Below the pieces are notes generated by a model, which did no database searches, was not told the origin of the DNA, and worked only from the letters and a program-made list of their open reading frames with translations. DNA of 63,990 nucleotides, filler included, from Conidiobolus incongruus B7586 (Eukaryota): assembly GCA_000697335.1 (NCBI GenBank). It is 8 parts of 8 records of this genome, joined end to end, with 100 filler letters (N's around TTAATTAATTAA, not from the genome) between each part and the next. Parts side by side here need not be neighbours in the genome. Positions count along the whole stretch, not along the records: positions 1 to 11,739 come from JNEM01006335.1; positions 11,840 to 22,060 come from JNEM01006336.1; 6 more parts are not named here. One strand, given 5' to 3'. The translations under genes were made by a program, and so were the position numbers. This document shows positions 1 to 12,455 of the stretch, piece by piece (positions within the stretch are counted from its first letter, which is position 1; the number at the start of each line of letters is the position of its first letter).

Positions 1-562
1 TAATTTATAAAATATCAAATATCAGTCTTTAATAAAAAAACTATTATTTAAATTTTAAAAGTATAGCAAAAAGTTAATAAAAATAAAAAAAGAATGTTAA
101 TTTTATACAATTTATTTATTTTTGTAAATTAAATATTATAATTTATATGAAAATTTGATTTTAAAAATATGCCAATATTAAAAATTTCTAATAATAATTA
201 GTGACTTGAAAATATTTACATATTTTTACAATATGCAATAATGAATATTGAGTATGTATTTAATAGATTAAGGAATCAATAAGAAATATTGTTCATATTT
301 TTCGTTTGTTATATTAAAGGATGGTAATTAGAATACAATAAGAGTATATTGATAATGTGATTTTTTATATATACTAGAAGGGATAGATAATGTATTTGAA
401 TTGTAATAAATATATTAAAATATAAATTTAAATATGGTGAATAAATATTTGAAATAATGTATAATATTAAATCATAGCTAGAATTAAGTGTTAATGACAA
501 AGTATATTATTATATAATTATTTTTTGATTGTGTATAATGAGCTATATATTAGAAAAATAGA

Positions 563-1192
563 TTAAAATCTATTCTTATTGGTGCTGAAAAAGGATCTGA
601 CAAGACCCACTTGAGCAAGAGCAACCAAGACGACGAGAACGGATTCGGCAATAGCGAACCAGTGAACACGACCCAAAATAGAGGCTAAAATGGACTCATT
701 ACGAGCTTCCTGGGTGCTGAAGGTACGTTGGTCACTCATAATTTGGTAGCAGTGTTGTTGAATCTCTTGTAAAGTTTTTTCCATACTGCCGATATGTTCT
801 ACCTTATCCTTCTTTAGGGGAGACTTTTTAGGTTCAACGTGCTTGGACTTAATTTCGAAATCGACCTCTTTCACATCGCCAGAAGTGTTCACGAAACAGA
901 ATTTGTAATCGCCAATCTGATTCATCACAAATACAAAGTCACCTTGACGCGACGCTTGATCGCTCATCACTTCGGTACCGTCGGGAGCTTCGACACTGTA
1001 GTTCACTTCGAAATCACCACCCCTGTGAACTGAAAAATAGAAGGCTGCCTTGCTTTGAAGTTGTTGGTTGGGGAGATAAAAGCACATGGTTTCAAAACCA
1101 CCCATCTCATAAGATAAAGTATAAGCAACAACCTGATGGAGTAAAACTACCAAAGCAAATAGTGAAGGGGCTATACTACTGAACATTTTCAT
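563..1192 (-). CDS. p24/emp24/gp25L (GOLD domain) ER-Golgi cargo receptor
   Basis: 209 aa: signal peptide, GOLD domain (CFY...F.V..GG...V...V.APDG...G.Y.FCF.N), coiled region, TM segment (WFAIAESVLVVLVALAQV) and a short tail with an FF motif. Confidence 0.92.
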   Translation of the reverse strand: MKMFSSIAPSLFALVVLLHQVVAYTLSYEMGGFETMCFYLPNQQLQSKAAFYFSVHRGGDFEVNYSVEAPDGTEVMSDQASRQGDFVFVMNQIGDYKFCFVNTSGDVKEVDFEIKSKHVEPKKSPLKKDKVEHIGSMEKTLQEIQQHCYQIMSDQRTFSTQEARNESILASILGRVHWFAIAESVLVVLVALAQVGLVRSFFSTNKNRF

Positions 1193-1514
1193 ATTTTTAA
1201 TAATTGAATTATAATGAATATTTAACTGAATAAAACTTTATATTAATAAAACAGTAAAAATATTTAATTCAGTATTTGAATTGGATTATTATTTTGAATT
1301 GGAGTTTAATACGTGGCATCATTTTAATTTTATTATTCAATTCCATTCCATTACAAATTGAATGAATTGTTTTATTATGGGATTATTAAATCATACAATA
1401 GTAATTCAAAATAATTAAAATTTATTAAATACACCTCATCAATAAAAAACAAAGTCAAATATAATAAAATTTATATTTCATATAATAATAATATTTATTT
1501 TTAATTAATAGTTA

Positions 1515-2137
1515 TTACCACTTAAGTCCATGATTACAGTAACCACCTGGATTGTTCTCTAAATAGTCCTGGTGATAGTCCTCTGCTTCAAAATAATTTT
1601 TAAAAGGTACAATTTCCGTAACAATTGGATTAGGGAAGTGCTTTTGAACTTCTTGTTTCACTTTTTCAGCTATTTGGCGTTGGTCTTCGCTGTGGTAATA
1701 TACCCCAGAGCGGTACTGGGATCCGATATCATTACCTTGTCTAAAAAGTTAAATTTTAGTTAATACTTGATAATATTTTTGATGTGGAGTATAAAATATT
1801 ACCTATTCAAAGTGGTAGGATCGTGAATTCTCCAAAAGAAAGTAACCAATTCTTCAAATTTCACTTGCTGAGGGTCGAACTCAATTTGAACAGCTTCAGC
1901 ATACCCCGTCTTACCGCTACAAACTTCCCTATAGTTTGGATTTTCTGTATTACCGTTAGCGTAACCAGTAGAAGTTTTGATTAATTTGCTTCCAAATTGT
2001 TTTTTGAAATAGTGTTCGATACCCCAAAAGCAACCACCTGCCAAAGTAGCTAATTCTGTATTATTTGCCATAGTTTTTGTAGAGTAAAAAGATTTTAATA
2101 AGGTAGATTTTACAATTGTATTTTTTAAAATATTCAT
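1515..2137 (-). CDS. msrA: Peptide methionine sulfoxide reductase MsrA, 2 exons (intron 1741-1802)
   Basis: GGCFWG motif. Splicing the GT-AG intron joins HDPTTLNR to QGNDIGSQYRSGVYY...AEDYHQDYLENNPGGYCNH, stop at 1515. In-frame ATGs at 2137 and 2071. Confidence 0.95.
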
Positions 2138-3050
2138 TTGATTATTTGAATGATTAATGATGATGTAGCTTTTATATGAAATCAAATCAAATTGGAATGG
2201 CGAATGATTTGTAATAAATTTGCATTTTAATTTTCTTAGATTTTAATTTGATTTGATTTTTTACAGAATTGGTAACTTCCGTAATTGAAACAGAAAAGTA
2301 TTTTAGAATAAATGATTGTAAAGTGTCTTTGAGTTGAGCACAGCTATTTTGTTATCTCTAGAACATTCTCTAATTTGAGATCGTTCTTGTCAAATAGTAC
2401 TTGGGTTCAACCATTTAACCTTTTAAATTCAAATAATTTTTCTGTTATAAATCACTCTTAATTTTTAAATCACATTAATATGGATTCAATAAAATCACTT
2501 GACAATTTATTAAATATGAGATTATATAATTCTGTTAGATATACCGTTAATAAGTAATTAATATATTTTTTCATTAATTCAGTTTTCTTGATCTGTATTA
2601 TTTTTATAAAATACAACATCAAATTTGATAAATATTTATATTTAAAATCAATTATACATAATTTATTACAATTACCTTTAATATATTTTATATTAAAAAT
2701 TACATTATCTTAAAGGTTTAATTACTTTATCATAATACTAGTTAACAAGGGTTAAAAAATAAAAAAACACATTTTTAACTTATTCAATATTAAAACTTTA
2801 ACAAAAATCTTTAACAAAATAATAAAAAATTATATGAAATTATTTAGATTATAATATTAAGAATATGTTTATCAACCTATTCTTTGTTTTTGAATATTGT
2901 TAATCATTTTAATAATACTTGACAAAATTATCAATATATTGTCAATTTATAATTTATTTTTATGAATTTTATAAAAATCTTGATTATTATCAGTTTTGTT
3001 AATTGCAAGTCACTCAACAATATGTTTTGAAATAGTTAAAACTAGTCTGT

Positions 3051-4100
3051 TTATTGAGCAATTTTCCAAGTGAGAGTTTGACCAGCCAAGAATGGGACAA
3101 CTGAACTAGGTTCACCACTGTCGAGAGTGAAGTGATGTTCTTCAGGTACGCTCCAAGTCTCCTTGACCAACTTGAGTCTTTTTTGTTGAAGCTTTTCCAA
3201 ATCCAACTGATAGAACTTAGCTCCATTGATGCAACTATAGCCCTCCAATTTGTCGAGACATCCGAGCTTATCGAAAACGGTGGCCAAATATGGGAGAATG
3301 TGAGGGGTTGTGAAGACTCCGGCGCAGGGTTGATTGGTCAATTTAGCGTGTTTGGGATGAGGTGCCGAGTCGGATCCCAAGAAAAATCTAGGGTGACCCT
3401 CCTTGACAACTTGACGTAAGGCATCTCTGTCGTGGGGGAATTTGGCGACGGGCTTGCAAAAGTTGTGGGTGTTTTTTGCCCAGTCATCAATGATTAAATC
3501 GAGGTGGTGTACGGTGATAGTACATCCGACAGTGTCCCCCAAAGATTTGACCATATTGACAGCGGCTTTGGTGGTGGCGTGCTCTAAAACAATGCGCAAC
3601 TTGGGGAATTTCTTGTGTAGCTTTTCCAATTCGGTTAAGAATTTTTCTTCCGCGTTGAGGATACAGATACCTTGGTCGGCGTTACTGGGGATTTCACCAT
3701 GTAAGTTGAGCACCATGTTGCACTTTTCCATAGCTTCGAAGATGGGGTAGTAGGTTTCGTAGGATTCTATACCAGACTCACTATTGGTGGTGACGCCTCT
3801 GGGGTAGGACTTGACACCGACGATGCCTTTAGAAGCTGCGAGGTAAATCTCTTCGGGGGTGAGATCAGGGGACAAGTAGAGAGACATAAGATAGGTTACG
3901 TTGGGATTAATGGCTTTCAATTCGTCCCAATATTTTAAAGCTTGTTCGGTGGTCTTAATAGGAGGGGTTAAGTTGGGCATAACGAATGCAGTTTGGACAC
4001 CTCCTTCAGTTACTTTGGGAGTAACTGATTGCATAAGGTTGCCTTGTCTCAAATGAACGTGAAGATCGCAAGCATATGGTAAATCTAATTCAGTAGTCAT
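3051..4100 (-). CDS. URA4: Dihydroorotase (homodimeric type)
   Basis: DLHVHLRQG, VMPNLTPP, GVKSYPRGVTTNS, LHGE, LEHATT, FCKPVAK and FFLGSDSAPH motifs. Confidence 0.96.
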   Translation of the reverse strand: MTTELDLPYACDLHVHLRQGNLMQSVTPKVTEGGVQTAFVMPNLTPPIKTTEQALKYWDELKAINPNVTYLMSLYLSPDLTPEEIYLAASKGIVGVKSYPRGVTTNSESGIESYETYYPIFEAMEKCNMVLNLHGEIPSNADQGICILNAEEKFLTELEKLHKKFPKLRIVLEHATTKAAVNMVKSLGDTVGCTITVHHLDLIIDDWAKNTHNFCKPVAKFPHDRDALRQVVKEGHPRFFLGSDSAPHPKHAKLTNQPCAGVFTTPHILPYLATVFDKLGCLDKLEGYSCINGAKFYQLDLEKLQQKRLKLVKETWSVPEEHHFTLDSGEPSSVVPFLAGQTLTWKIAQ

Positions 4101-5659
4101 ATTTTATGTATTTCAATATAATTTCTATGTATTATATTTTGATTATGATTGGTAAAAAATTATGTAAAGACTATTTAGGCTTATTTAATTAAATTTACAA
4201 ATTATGGTTGAATGTATTAATTTGAAATTGATTGACAATTTATGTGAATTGATATATTTAATCCACTTATCAACTAATAACTGACATGTTGATTGTGATC
4301 ATAATTTCTCATCAAATATATATTATCTCTCTAACAAAAATCTAATCAACCAATGACAATATATTATTCTTCGAGTATTTTATTACTTGCTCAGGAATCT
4401 CCTTATGGACACCTGCAGTCGGGTGAAAAGTGTCATAAAACTAAAAACTGCTGGGACCCTTACAGGCATATTCACCTGCCTTCTCGCTAAAGTAGTAGTC
4501 TTCCACCTCCCAAGTGGTTGAATTGAAGGGATTGGACTGAGTCATCGTGGACCATATACTATACACATGAAATTGCAACTATCTAATTTCAGGGAATTTG
4601 GATTATAGCTTTCTTCAAGCTGTGAGCGATAACTCATTAAGAAAATGAAACCTATATCAAATATATTTGTGGTGATATTTCCTAAGATTGTGAGAATTGT
4701 AATCTTTAGACTAAGTAGAATCGGAGTCTTATTCAAGGGCGGCAAATTAAATACCATATAGTTGTGAATTGCTCCCTAATTAGCTGTCGTAGCTAAAAAT
4801 CAATACTGCAGTAACTTGGTGTGGCATGATTGTTTTATTTAAATAATCATCACCTTCAATGGTGTGAATCACCAAAATATGATCTTCGAAATACATAGAT
4901 GGTATAATTTCAGAAATTCGATTTGTGATTGAACATCAAGTACAAAATCATTGATGTGGTTGAGTTTGTTGCTTGTAGTAGCTCCTTTCGACTAATTGCT
5001 AATACTAGGGATATTTAGTGAAGATTTAGAGTATTCGATCAAAATGGGACCGGCGTTGTGTCTATATTATAATATCAATTGATTGGATTTTTTCTTAATG
5101 GCAATTTGTCAAAATTTTCTATATCTAATACGCTGTCATCAATGGAAAATATATAATGAAAACTAATAGCAATCTCTGTACTGAGTAGATTAATTAATAG
5201 AATTGGTATAATACACAATATGATTATTATTTAAAAATTATATGAATTCAATTTAATAGTACATATATTTATAGAATTTAATTAAAATTATATTCGTAGC
5301 TTAAAATTCTTCACAATTTCAATAATTTTAATCAATCATAAATATTCATATTTTAAATAGTTTTAGTTTAGAATTGTTTGAGTTTAATTCTATATTAATT
5401 CAAAAACAACCAAATTAATGGTTAAAGTTGATTATATTATATCAATTATTCTGTTGAAATTGATAGAATATAATTTATCAAAAAATTAGCAAAATATAAA
5501 CAAAAAATAAATAAAAATATCCCTCATTAAATTAATATATACTATAATCAATACATCAATATCAAAATATCATTTTAAATTTTCTGAATTTTGTAATAGA
5601 ATAATATAATATTAATACCTGATAATTTTCTGGACATTTTTGATTTCCATAGTTTCTTT

Positions 5660-7180
5660 CATTTCAAATTTAATCCTTAAAAGTAATAAATATTAGAGGT
5701 GTAGCTGTAATAGTGAATAAATAAATATCATAGTTGGATTGTTTGGCATGGAGTATAATGGGTAATGATACGTCAAGTACTTCATTCCATGTGAGACATT
5801 TTCATCTTGGAGTTCATGCTGTTAGAACGACATAGTTTATTCAATTTGATTTGATTCAAAATAGGTTGGGTATCCTTCTGGATCTAGGGTTGATAATATT
5901 TCAATAAGATTCGGAATTGAAGCAATCCTTATGAGAATTGGTCGTCTTTGACCTTCAATACTTGAGCCATTTTCTTTAGGATTACCCGAGAGCCAAAAAC
6001 CTCGCAAATAGTAAGTATCATGTTGAGTCTTTGGACATGTTGGGAAATTGCCAGTTGGTTCTGGACTATTGGTATCACTAACATCAGTCTGAGGTTGTAA
6101 ATTCCTTCGAAAATATTCTTAATGCCACTGTGATTGATATATGGTTGAATTATTTTGGTGGTTGAGTAGTACTTGCTGAGGTACAAAGGATGCAAATTTT
6201 ATCTTAGAAATGGATTTATCAAGTAGGTTGGAATAGAACAATTACTAGTTACTCATAGTAAATTCTTAATCTAAATCATCTCCTGGAACTTTGTCGTAAT
6301 AATTAAACCATCTGAAATTTTAGAACTAGTAGCACTGAGTGCTCTTTAATTAAGGATTTGAAGCTTGTCCTTGGTCAATCTACTTGTTCTCGTACCAAAC
6401 GCCATATAACTATCTTCTATCATCTAAAAATTCAACCAGCTTATGGAAGAGTTCTGTTTTGGATGCTTTTCATTGGTTTAATGAATTTAACATTGAGATC
6501 AAAAGGCCTAGCAATTTCGTATCCAGTGAACGTATTGGTTAATTTTAAACTATTTTCATTATGCCAAATGGCTAGTGATTAACCGAGATATGATACTTGA
6601 ATTGTAACTTGTTGATTTCTTCTATAAAATATCTCATTTCGCCTTTTCATTTAATGGATGCAACAAAATAGTCATACTAACCTAGGAGTATTTAAATTTT
6701 AAATGGTCAATCCATGGTTCGTATAGCATTTTAATGTTAAAAAAGGAAGCTGACTTAATCTGGTCTCAATAGTTTGATATTTTACAATTAGTGGAATACG
6801 ATATTTGGGAGCAATGTCCTTACAAGCAGTTGCAAATAAATCACATATGATTAAATTACAATTTAAACTACCAGCCATTTCGTGTCATATCTATGGAACA
6901 AATAATCATAAAAAAGTGGTAAAATCAGTCAACTGTTGAATTGGTGATTTGACACTGCCTTCAATGTTAACAAAATCATTTTTTGAATGTTTGGAAAATC
7001 GTTGGCAAAGTCTGAACAGTTGAATGAATTCAAAATATTTTTTTGTTGGCATTCTGAGATTCAATATGGCTCCTGATGTTAATAGCAATTGGAAGTGGGA
7101 TCAAGTTCCTTCATGTTTTGATACTACTACTTTAATTGCGGCTTTTGCTTTGGATATAAAATCAGAATTTATGTTGAATA
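5660..7180 (-). pseudogene. UDP-glycosyltransferase (GT1/UGT) pseudogene, boundaries approximate
   Basis: Minus-strand fragments in the expected order: IICDLFATACKDIAPKYRIPLIV (~6780-6860); UGT signature FVPQQVLLNH [frameshift] YINHSGIKNIFEGIYNLRLMLVIPIVQNQ (~6050-6200); C-terminal DIYLF plus a hydrophobic stretch (~5690-5735). Many stops and frameshifts. Confidence 0.7.
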
Positions 7181-7411
7181 ATCCTTAATCAATGATAGTT
7201 ATATGAAATAGATTCAATATTATATTAAGTTTCAATAATTATCTTAAATTAACTACTAAATGGCAATATTAAAATCAAATCAGTGACGACACTTAATAAA
7301 TACAGAACAATACAAATCAAGAGCTGAATAAAAGTGTGGATTAATAAACTAAGTCATTAAACTAAAATAAAACAGATTATGTATGTTAGTAGAGAAAGTT
7401 GAAAAAATTTT

Positions 7412-7493
7412 CGACAGCTACAGGATTTGAACCTGTGCGGGCGGAGCCCATCAGATTTCAAGTCTGACTCCTTAACCACTCGGACAAACTGTC
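7412..7493 (-). tRNA. tRNA-Ser (anticodon TGA), intronless, 82 nt
   Basis: Reverse complement GACAGTTTGTCCGAGTGGTTAAGGAGTCAGAC-T-TGA-AATCTGATGGGCTCCGCCCGCACAGGTTCAAATCCTGTAGCTGTCG: acceptor stem, TCAGA/TCTGA anticodon stem, long variable arm, TTCAAAT T-loop, G discriminator. Confidence 0.96.
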
Positions 7494-8685
7494 TTAATTG
7501 TTAGACGTTAAAAATTTTATTTAACTCCTATTTCCATTTCATGGCATTTATTTGATATTTTTATGCCATATTTACTCTCTTATTAATATCTATTCAAATA
7601 AATTTAACCTCTATTTCTAATTTCAATTTATTAACTATTAACCTTTCTTTCATGATTTCTTTTCTTTTTTTTCATCATTTTATATATTTTTTTCTTACTT
7701 TTCTCTATAACAATCGATTTTCATTTTCTTCCCTTCAACTCACGAACATCCTACTTTATATATCTTTTTCAATTATCCATAGTTGGACAGTCAAATATAA
7801 CATTTTTATATCTTAAACAATTTAAATTTCATAATTATCAAAAAATATGTTCAATATTCATAATCAATCATTCTTTGTAAATATTCTTTTTCATTGCTTA
7901 TTTTTTTAAATTTGAAAATTTATGTAGCATCTTCAGGATGCTTGAATTCAACCTTGCAGAATTTTAATGTTGCTGATTTTTTAGAGTAATTTTAAAGAAT
8001 CATTATTTTAAGGTTTTTAAAGTATTGAATCAATTAATTCTATTATATTATAAAACTTTTTAATTTTCTATTTTATTAGATAAAATTTTTATTTTGATTT
8101 AGAAATAAATTTTTAAACTTTAATACTAATTATATGTCTAATTGATATAAATTAATTTCAAAATAATAGAATATTCAAAAAATAATATTTGATTATCAAC
8201 AAGTTGCTAGTAATCATTAGTATCGAAAACTCTGCCATAATCATACGTATCTTCTTAGAAATTGGCATTATGGACTATAATTGAAGTCTAAAACCTATTC
8301 TCCCATTAATGAATTGGCGAAGTATTGTTGTAGTACAAATTAACCTATTATCAGTTATCAGTTTTAAAAAAATAAATTTTATGAACACTAATTTAATAGT
8401 CATTTATTGAATAATAAATAAAGATCTAGAAAACTATTTGATCAATATTCTAAAAAACTTTTAATTCGGAAATTAAAATATTGGTTCAATTTAAATTTTG
8501 GATAATAGTTTGATGATTGAGAGAGATATTTTGCAACTAAGATCACAGTTAAATTCGGAATTTAAGTTTTGATTCATTGATATTTTATATTAGTGGGTTG
8601 GCAATTAGGGTTTTATTTCTTTTTTATTAAATCTTCTTCACATTGAATTTGGATTCATTAATTAATAATTTGCTTGTAAATAAAG

Positions 8686-9632
8686 ATGCCTTTGCAATGG
8701 AAGAATTTAACTAGTAATAAAATTAATTTGGTGTCAATTGGATTGGCTCTAGTAATTAGATTGTATGTATTAGTTGATTTGTGATTAATATTCGTCTATT
8801 AGATAGGTTGGGTCGTTTCTTTGGGGTCTTGTATAGCAACGCCACAAAACACCTTTATTTGGTTTACTATTATTTACACTTTTGCAACTATTACAAGTGT
8901 GTTGATATGTATTTTATTTGATATTATGAAGAATTATCGTATTGCTGTAATTGTTTATTTTTTAACAGTCATCAACTTGTTATTAATTTAATTATTATAT
9001 TGATAGATTATGGGTTATTTAGCTATTGGTTTCGTATTTTGTATTTTATCTATTCAAACTTTATTAGCTTTTGATTTAACAGCTGCTAAAGCTGGTACTG
9101 CTGGATTTATTTTCTTATCTTTTGTCTATGTAACTTGGATAATTTATATTACCTAATATATCTTATGTATTAATATTATTTTTAGTTCTATTGGCTATTA
9201 CACTTTGGAACAGAACAAAATAACCCGAATTTTGGAAATGCTAACGGTATGGGGCCTGTACAATCTATTAATAAGGATTTGCCTCATTTCCGTACTTCAG
9301 TCCCTCAAATGTCTATTAATACTTCCGGTAGTTCTTACCCTCAAGAATATGGATTGAAAGCTAGAGCTCTTTATTCATGTGAGTTTAATTATATTTTAAT
9401 TCGATTGAATTACTAATTTAAACTATTTATAGATGAAGCAAATCCCGAAGATCCCAACGAAATATCTTTCGCCAAGGGAGAAATTTTAGAAGTTGCTGAG
9501 AATAAGGGTAAATGGTGGCAAGCTAGGAAGACCGATGGTTCGGTTGGTATTGTTCCTAGTAATTATGTAAGGATTTATCATATTTTATTCAAGTAATTCT
9601 TTATTAATTATGTTTAGCTCCAAATAATTTAA
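8686..9632 (+). CDS. SHO1: High-osmolarity signalling protein Sho1 (4 TM + SH3), 6 exons; absent from the ORF track
   Basis: Manual splicing of 5 GT-AG introns gives [30 protein letters not shown]...[12 protein letters not shown]...[18 protein letters not shown]...[56 protein letters not shown]. Confidence 0.92.
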
Positions 9633-10544
9633 ATTGAGTGATATTCGATATCTTTACAACTTGTACAACATTATTGGTATACTTTAACTTTATTCACTTC
9701 CTCACACCCTTGATGCCTATGGGAAAATAGTTAATCTATAGTGATTACAAACGCTGATAATCCCAACGAAGTTTCTATTGATATTATTTAATCAATCCTC
9801 AACACACCTGATTCCTCTCTAAACCCAATTATCCTCAGACCAATCCTTTATACCGATCAACTTTTAGTTTATTTAATCCTTACGATAATTATTTAGAGAT
9901 AACTATAAATTATTATAAATTTAATTTTTAATGAAATATACACTTGATTATTTTTTAATATCATTCACTGAGCTATTCATTTGTAATTAATTATTTTAAT
10001 ATATTAACAAGTATTGATATTATTGATTTAAATATAATTAGATCATTTTAGAGTATTCAATTATAATCTAAAGTCAGTTATAGAAATATAAATTTAAATT
10101 GTTATAACTTTGTGAATTGTATTGAATCACTGAATCTTGATCTAATTTCCACTTTTTTAAAAGGAATACTTCAAAATTTGATTATTTGATATAAAATGAT
10201 ATTTAATCAGATTTTAAAATATATCATTGATAGTAAATGTGACTGTATATAAATCAATAGCTATTTCATTATTCATAAAATATATCCAAAAATTTGGCCA
10301 AATAATTTAAGCAATAATTCTGCAATTATAATCAATGTTTTTTAGAATTTAATAACTTTTTCTGGTATTAATAAATTTAATATTTATATTTTATATTAAT
10401 AGCAAAATTAATATAAACATTTTTAAAATATTTAATAATTAAATTGTATCTTGAATAATATGATATATCTATTAAATATATAACAAATGTGAAACTTAAG
10501 CTATATTTAATCAGATTAAAATATTAAGTTGATTAAAAAAAAAT

Positions 10545-10880
10545 AGTAACACACCTTGAGAAAACTGTGTGCAGATTAGCTTAGGTAAATGAGAGAGATC
10601 TGGGGAATTCCAGGCAACAGTAAGGAGGATAGGGGGTTTGTTGGCTTAAGTTCGATGGCTGGCAGGATCCAGATCTAGCTTGTCTGTTTGTGGATAACTT
10701 TAATTCTGGATTGTATATAGAATGAATTGGGTAAGGTAATTTATGAGATCTCCCGCGACTTGGGTTATCAGCCAATTAAAAGGTAAAGCAGAAGTAACTG
10801 ATATAGGAGGAAGGAATGACTTTTAAATTAAGTTGATATAAGTGTACTTAGTAAGAGAGGAGCCACCTGGCTCATGATAA
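10545..10880 (-). mobile_element. Solo-LTR-like dispersed repeat, family B copy 1
   Basis: GC-richer ~335-bp island collinear with 40341-40675 (shared AGTAACA start, GATCTGGGGAATT, CCAGATC, ATCAGCCAA, GAATGACT); TATA-like box on the minus strand. Confidence 0.6.
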
Positions 10881-11739
10881 TACCTTTTTAATATTATACA
10901 CTTATTTGTTGATTATATCAGATAAAATATAATTTTGAATTAATAATCCATTTATTTACTTTTATTTAAATATATAAATTTAGAATATATAAATATATTT
11001 AAATAAAAATGAAAATGTACATATTTTAATTAGTTAGATATCTTGGTGTATTACTACAGAATTAAAGAAATTGAGAATTTTTTATTTTAATTTTTTCAAA
11101 CATATTATTAATTTAAGAATAAAATATATATGTATTTATATTTATATTTTTATAAATTCAATAGGAAAATATATAATTTAAAAATATATTTATAATATTT
11201 TTTCATTAAAAAAACAATTATTAAAGATTTATTATTTGATATAATTATATTTAAATTTCAAAATATTATTAAAAGTCTTTTATTTTAATAATAATAAAAA
11301 TTAATTAAGTGCTATTTAAAATAATTTAAAATATATAAACTATCTTTAACAATGATATTTTATTTAAATTAATAATTTATTGCATTATTAGAATACTTTT
11401 AAACTAAAAAAAGAATTATCTAAAGCTTAATAAAACCTAAAAACTAATTTTAATTATATTTATTCAATTATTAATATGGGGGAAAATATATTGAAAGATG
11501 TTTTTTTATAATTAAAGATTTATTAAAACATGTTAATATTAGCAATATAAGCAATATAAGTATATTATCTATATTTAAGTTTATATTTAGACTAAATAAA
11601 GAAATATTAATTAGATATTTTTAAATTTAAATTAAATATATTATATTATAACCAAGAACTAAAGTTATTATATTAAATTATAAATCTTCCTATATAAATC
11701 ATTATTATATCATAAATTATATTAATAATTTAAGTTAAA

Positions 11740-11839
11740 NNNNNNNNNNNNNNNNNNNNNNNNNNNNNNNNNNNNNNNNNNNNTTAATTAATTAANNNNN
11801 NNNNNNNNNNNNNNNNNNNNNNNNNNNNNNNNNNNNNNN
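11740..11839. other. Artificial contig linker
   Basis: 44 N + TTAATTAATTAA (stops in all six frames) + 44 N. Confidence 0.98.
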
Positions 11840-12455
11840 TTGTTCCATGCTTGTGCCCACTCCAGTGTCAGCATTGTTGGGTAATCTAGTGATCTTAACT
11901 CTTCTAATGGCTTCGTCCTCCACGTAAGCTTTGATAGGTTTGAAGGAGTTACCTTGGCAAGAGAAATTGGTATCGAGGGCAATGTCTCTTTCTTCCCGAG
12001 TTGGGAAGGAGATTTCGATATACTTATTGGCTGAGCGGGTGTCCAGCGAGGTGGCTCCGAACTGTTTATAACACTTGAAGGCTTCCCCAGCTAATTGTTC
12101 AAGGGTGAGGGTAATGGTGGGGTAGCCAGGAATTGGTTTTCTATTATCCATCAAGTTGGTTCTACTGGCGTTGATGATTAAGGCATTGGATCCTTGGGAT
12201 CGGGGGACTAGGGCATCATCACTGCGGAGGATATTCGCAAACGAAGTTATTTGTGGTACGGGTACCTCTGGAGGGGTTTCTCCCCTTTGAAGATTAGATT
12301 CCGGGTTCGGGATGACCTCCACCGGCATTGTTGTAGTAAGATGAGTTCTGATTATGCTCTAACTAGAGATGAAGTTATTACTTATTTTAAAGATAGTAAT
12401 TACTACTGGGTAATGGTTCTGTGATAAAAACCTTGGTTTGTTTTGAGAGAGAAAT
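11840..12455 (-). mobile_element. 5' part of a probable non-LTR (LINE) retrotransposon: ORF1/gag-like ORF (ATG 12328) cut by the contig end
   Basis: Open, GC-richer ORF running into the gap, with SFANIL, KYIEISFPTREERDIAL and RRVKITRLP (RRM-like pattern seen in LINE ORF1 proteins). Confidence 0.6.

Noticed and set aside
309..500. Short Ile/Asn/Tyr-rich ORFs in AT-rich DNA (also 35069-35278)
   Set aside because: Non-ATG starts and composition typical of random AT-rich sequence
7412..7493. Possible selenocysteine or opal suppressor tRNA
   Set aside because: The anticodon is TGA (reads UCA, Ser), not TCA, and the stems have canonical tRNA-Ser lengths
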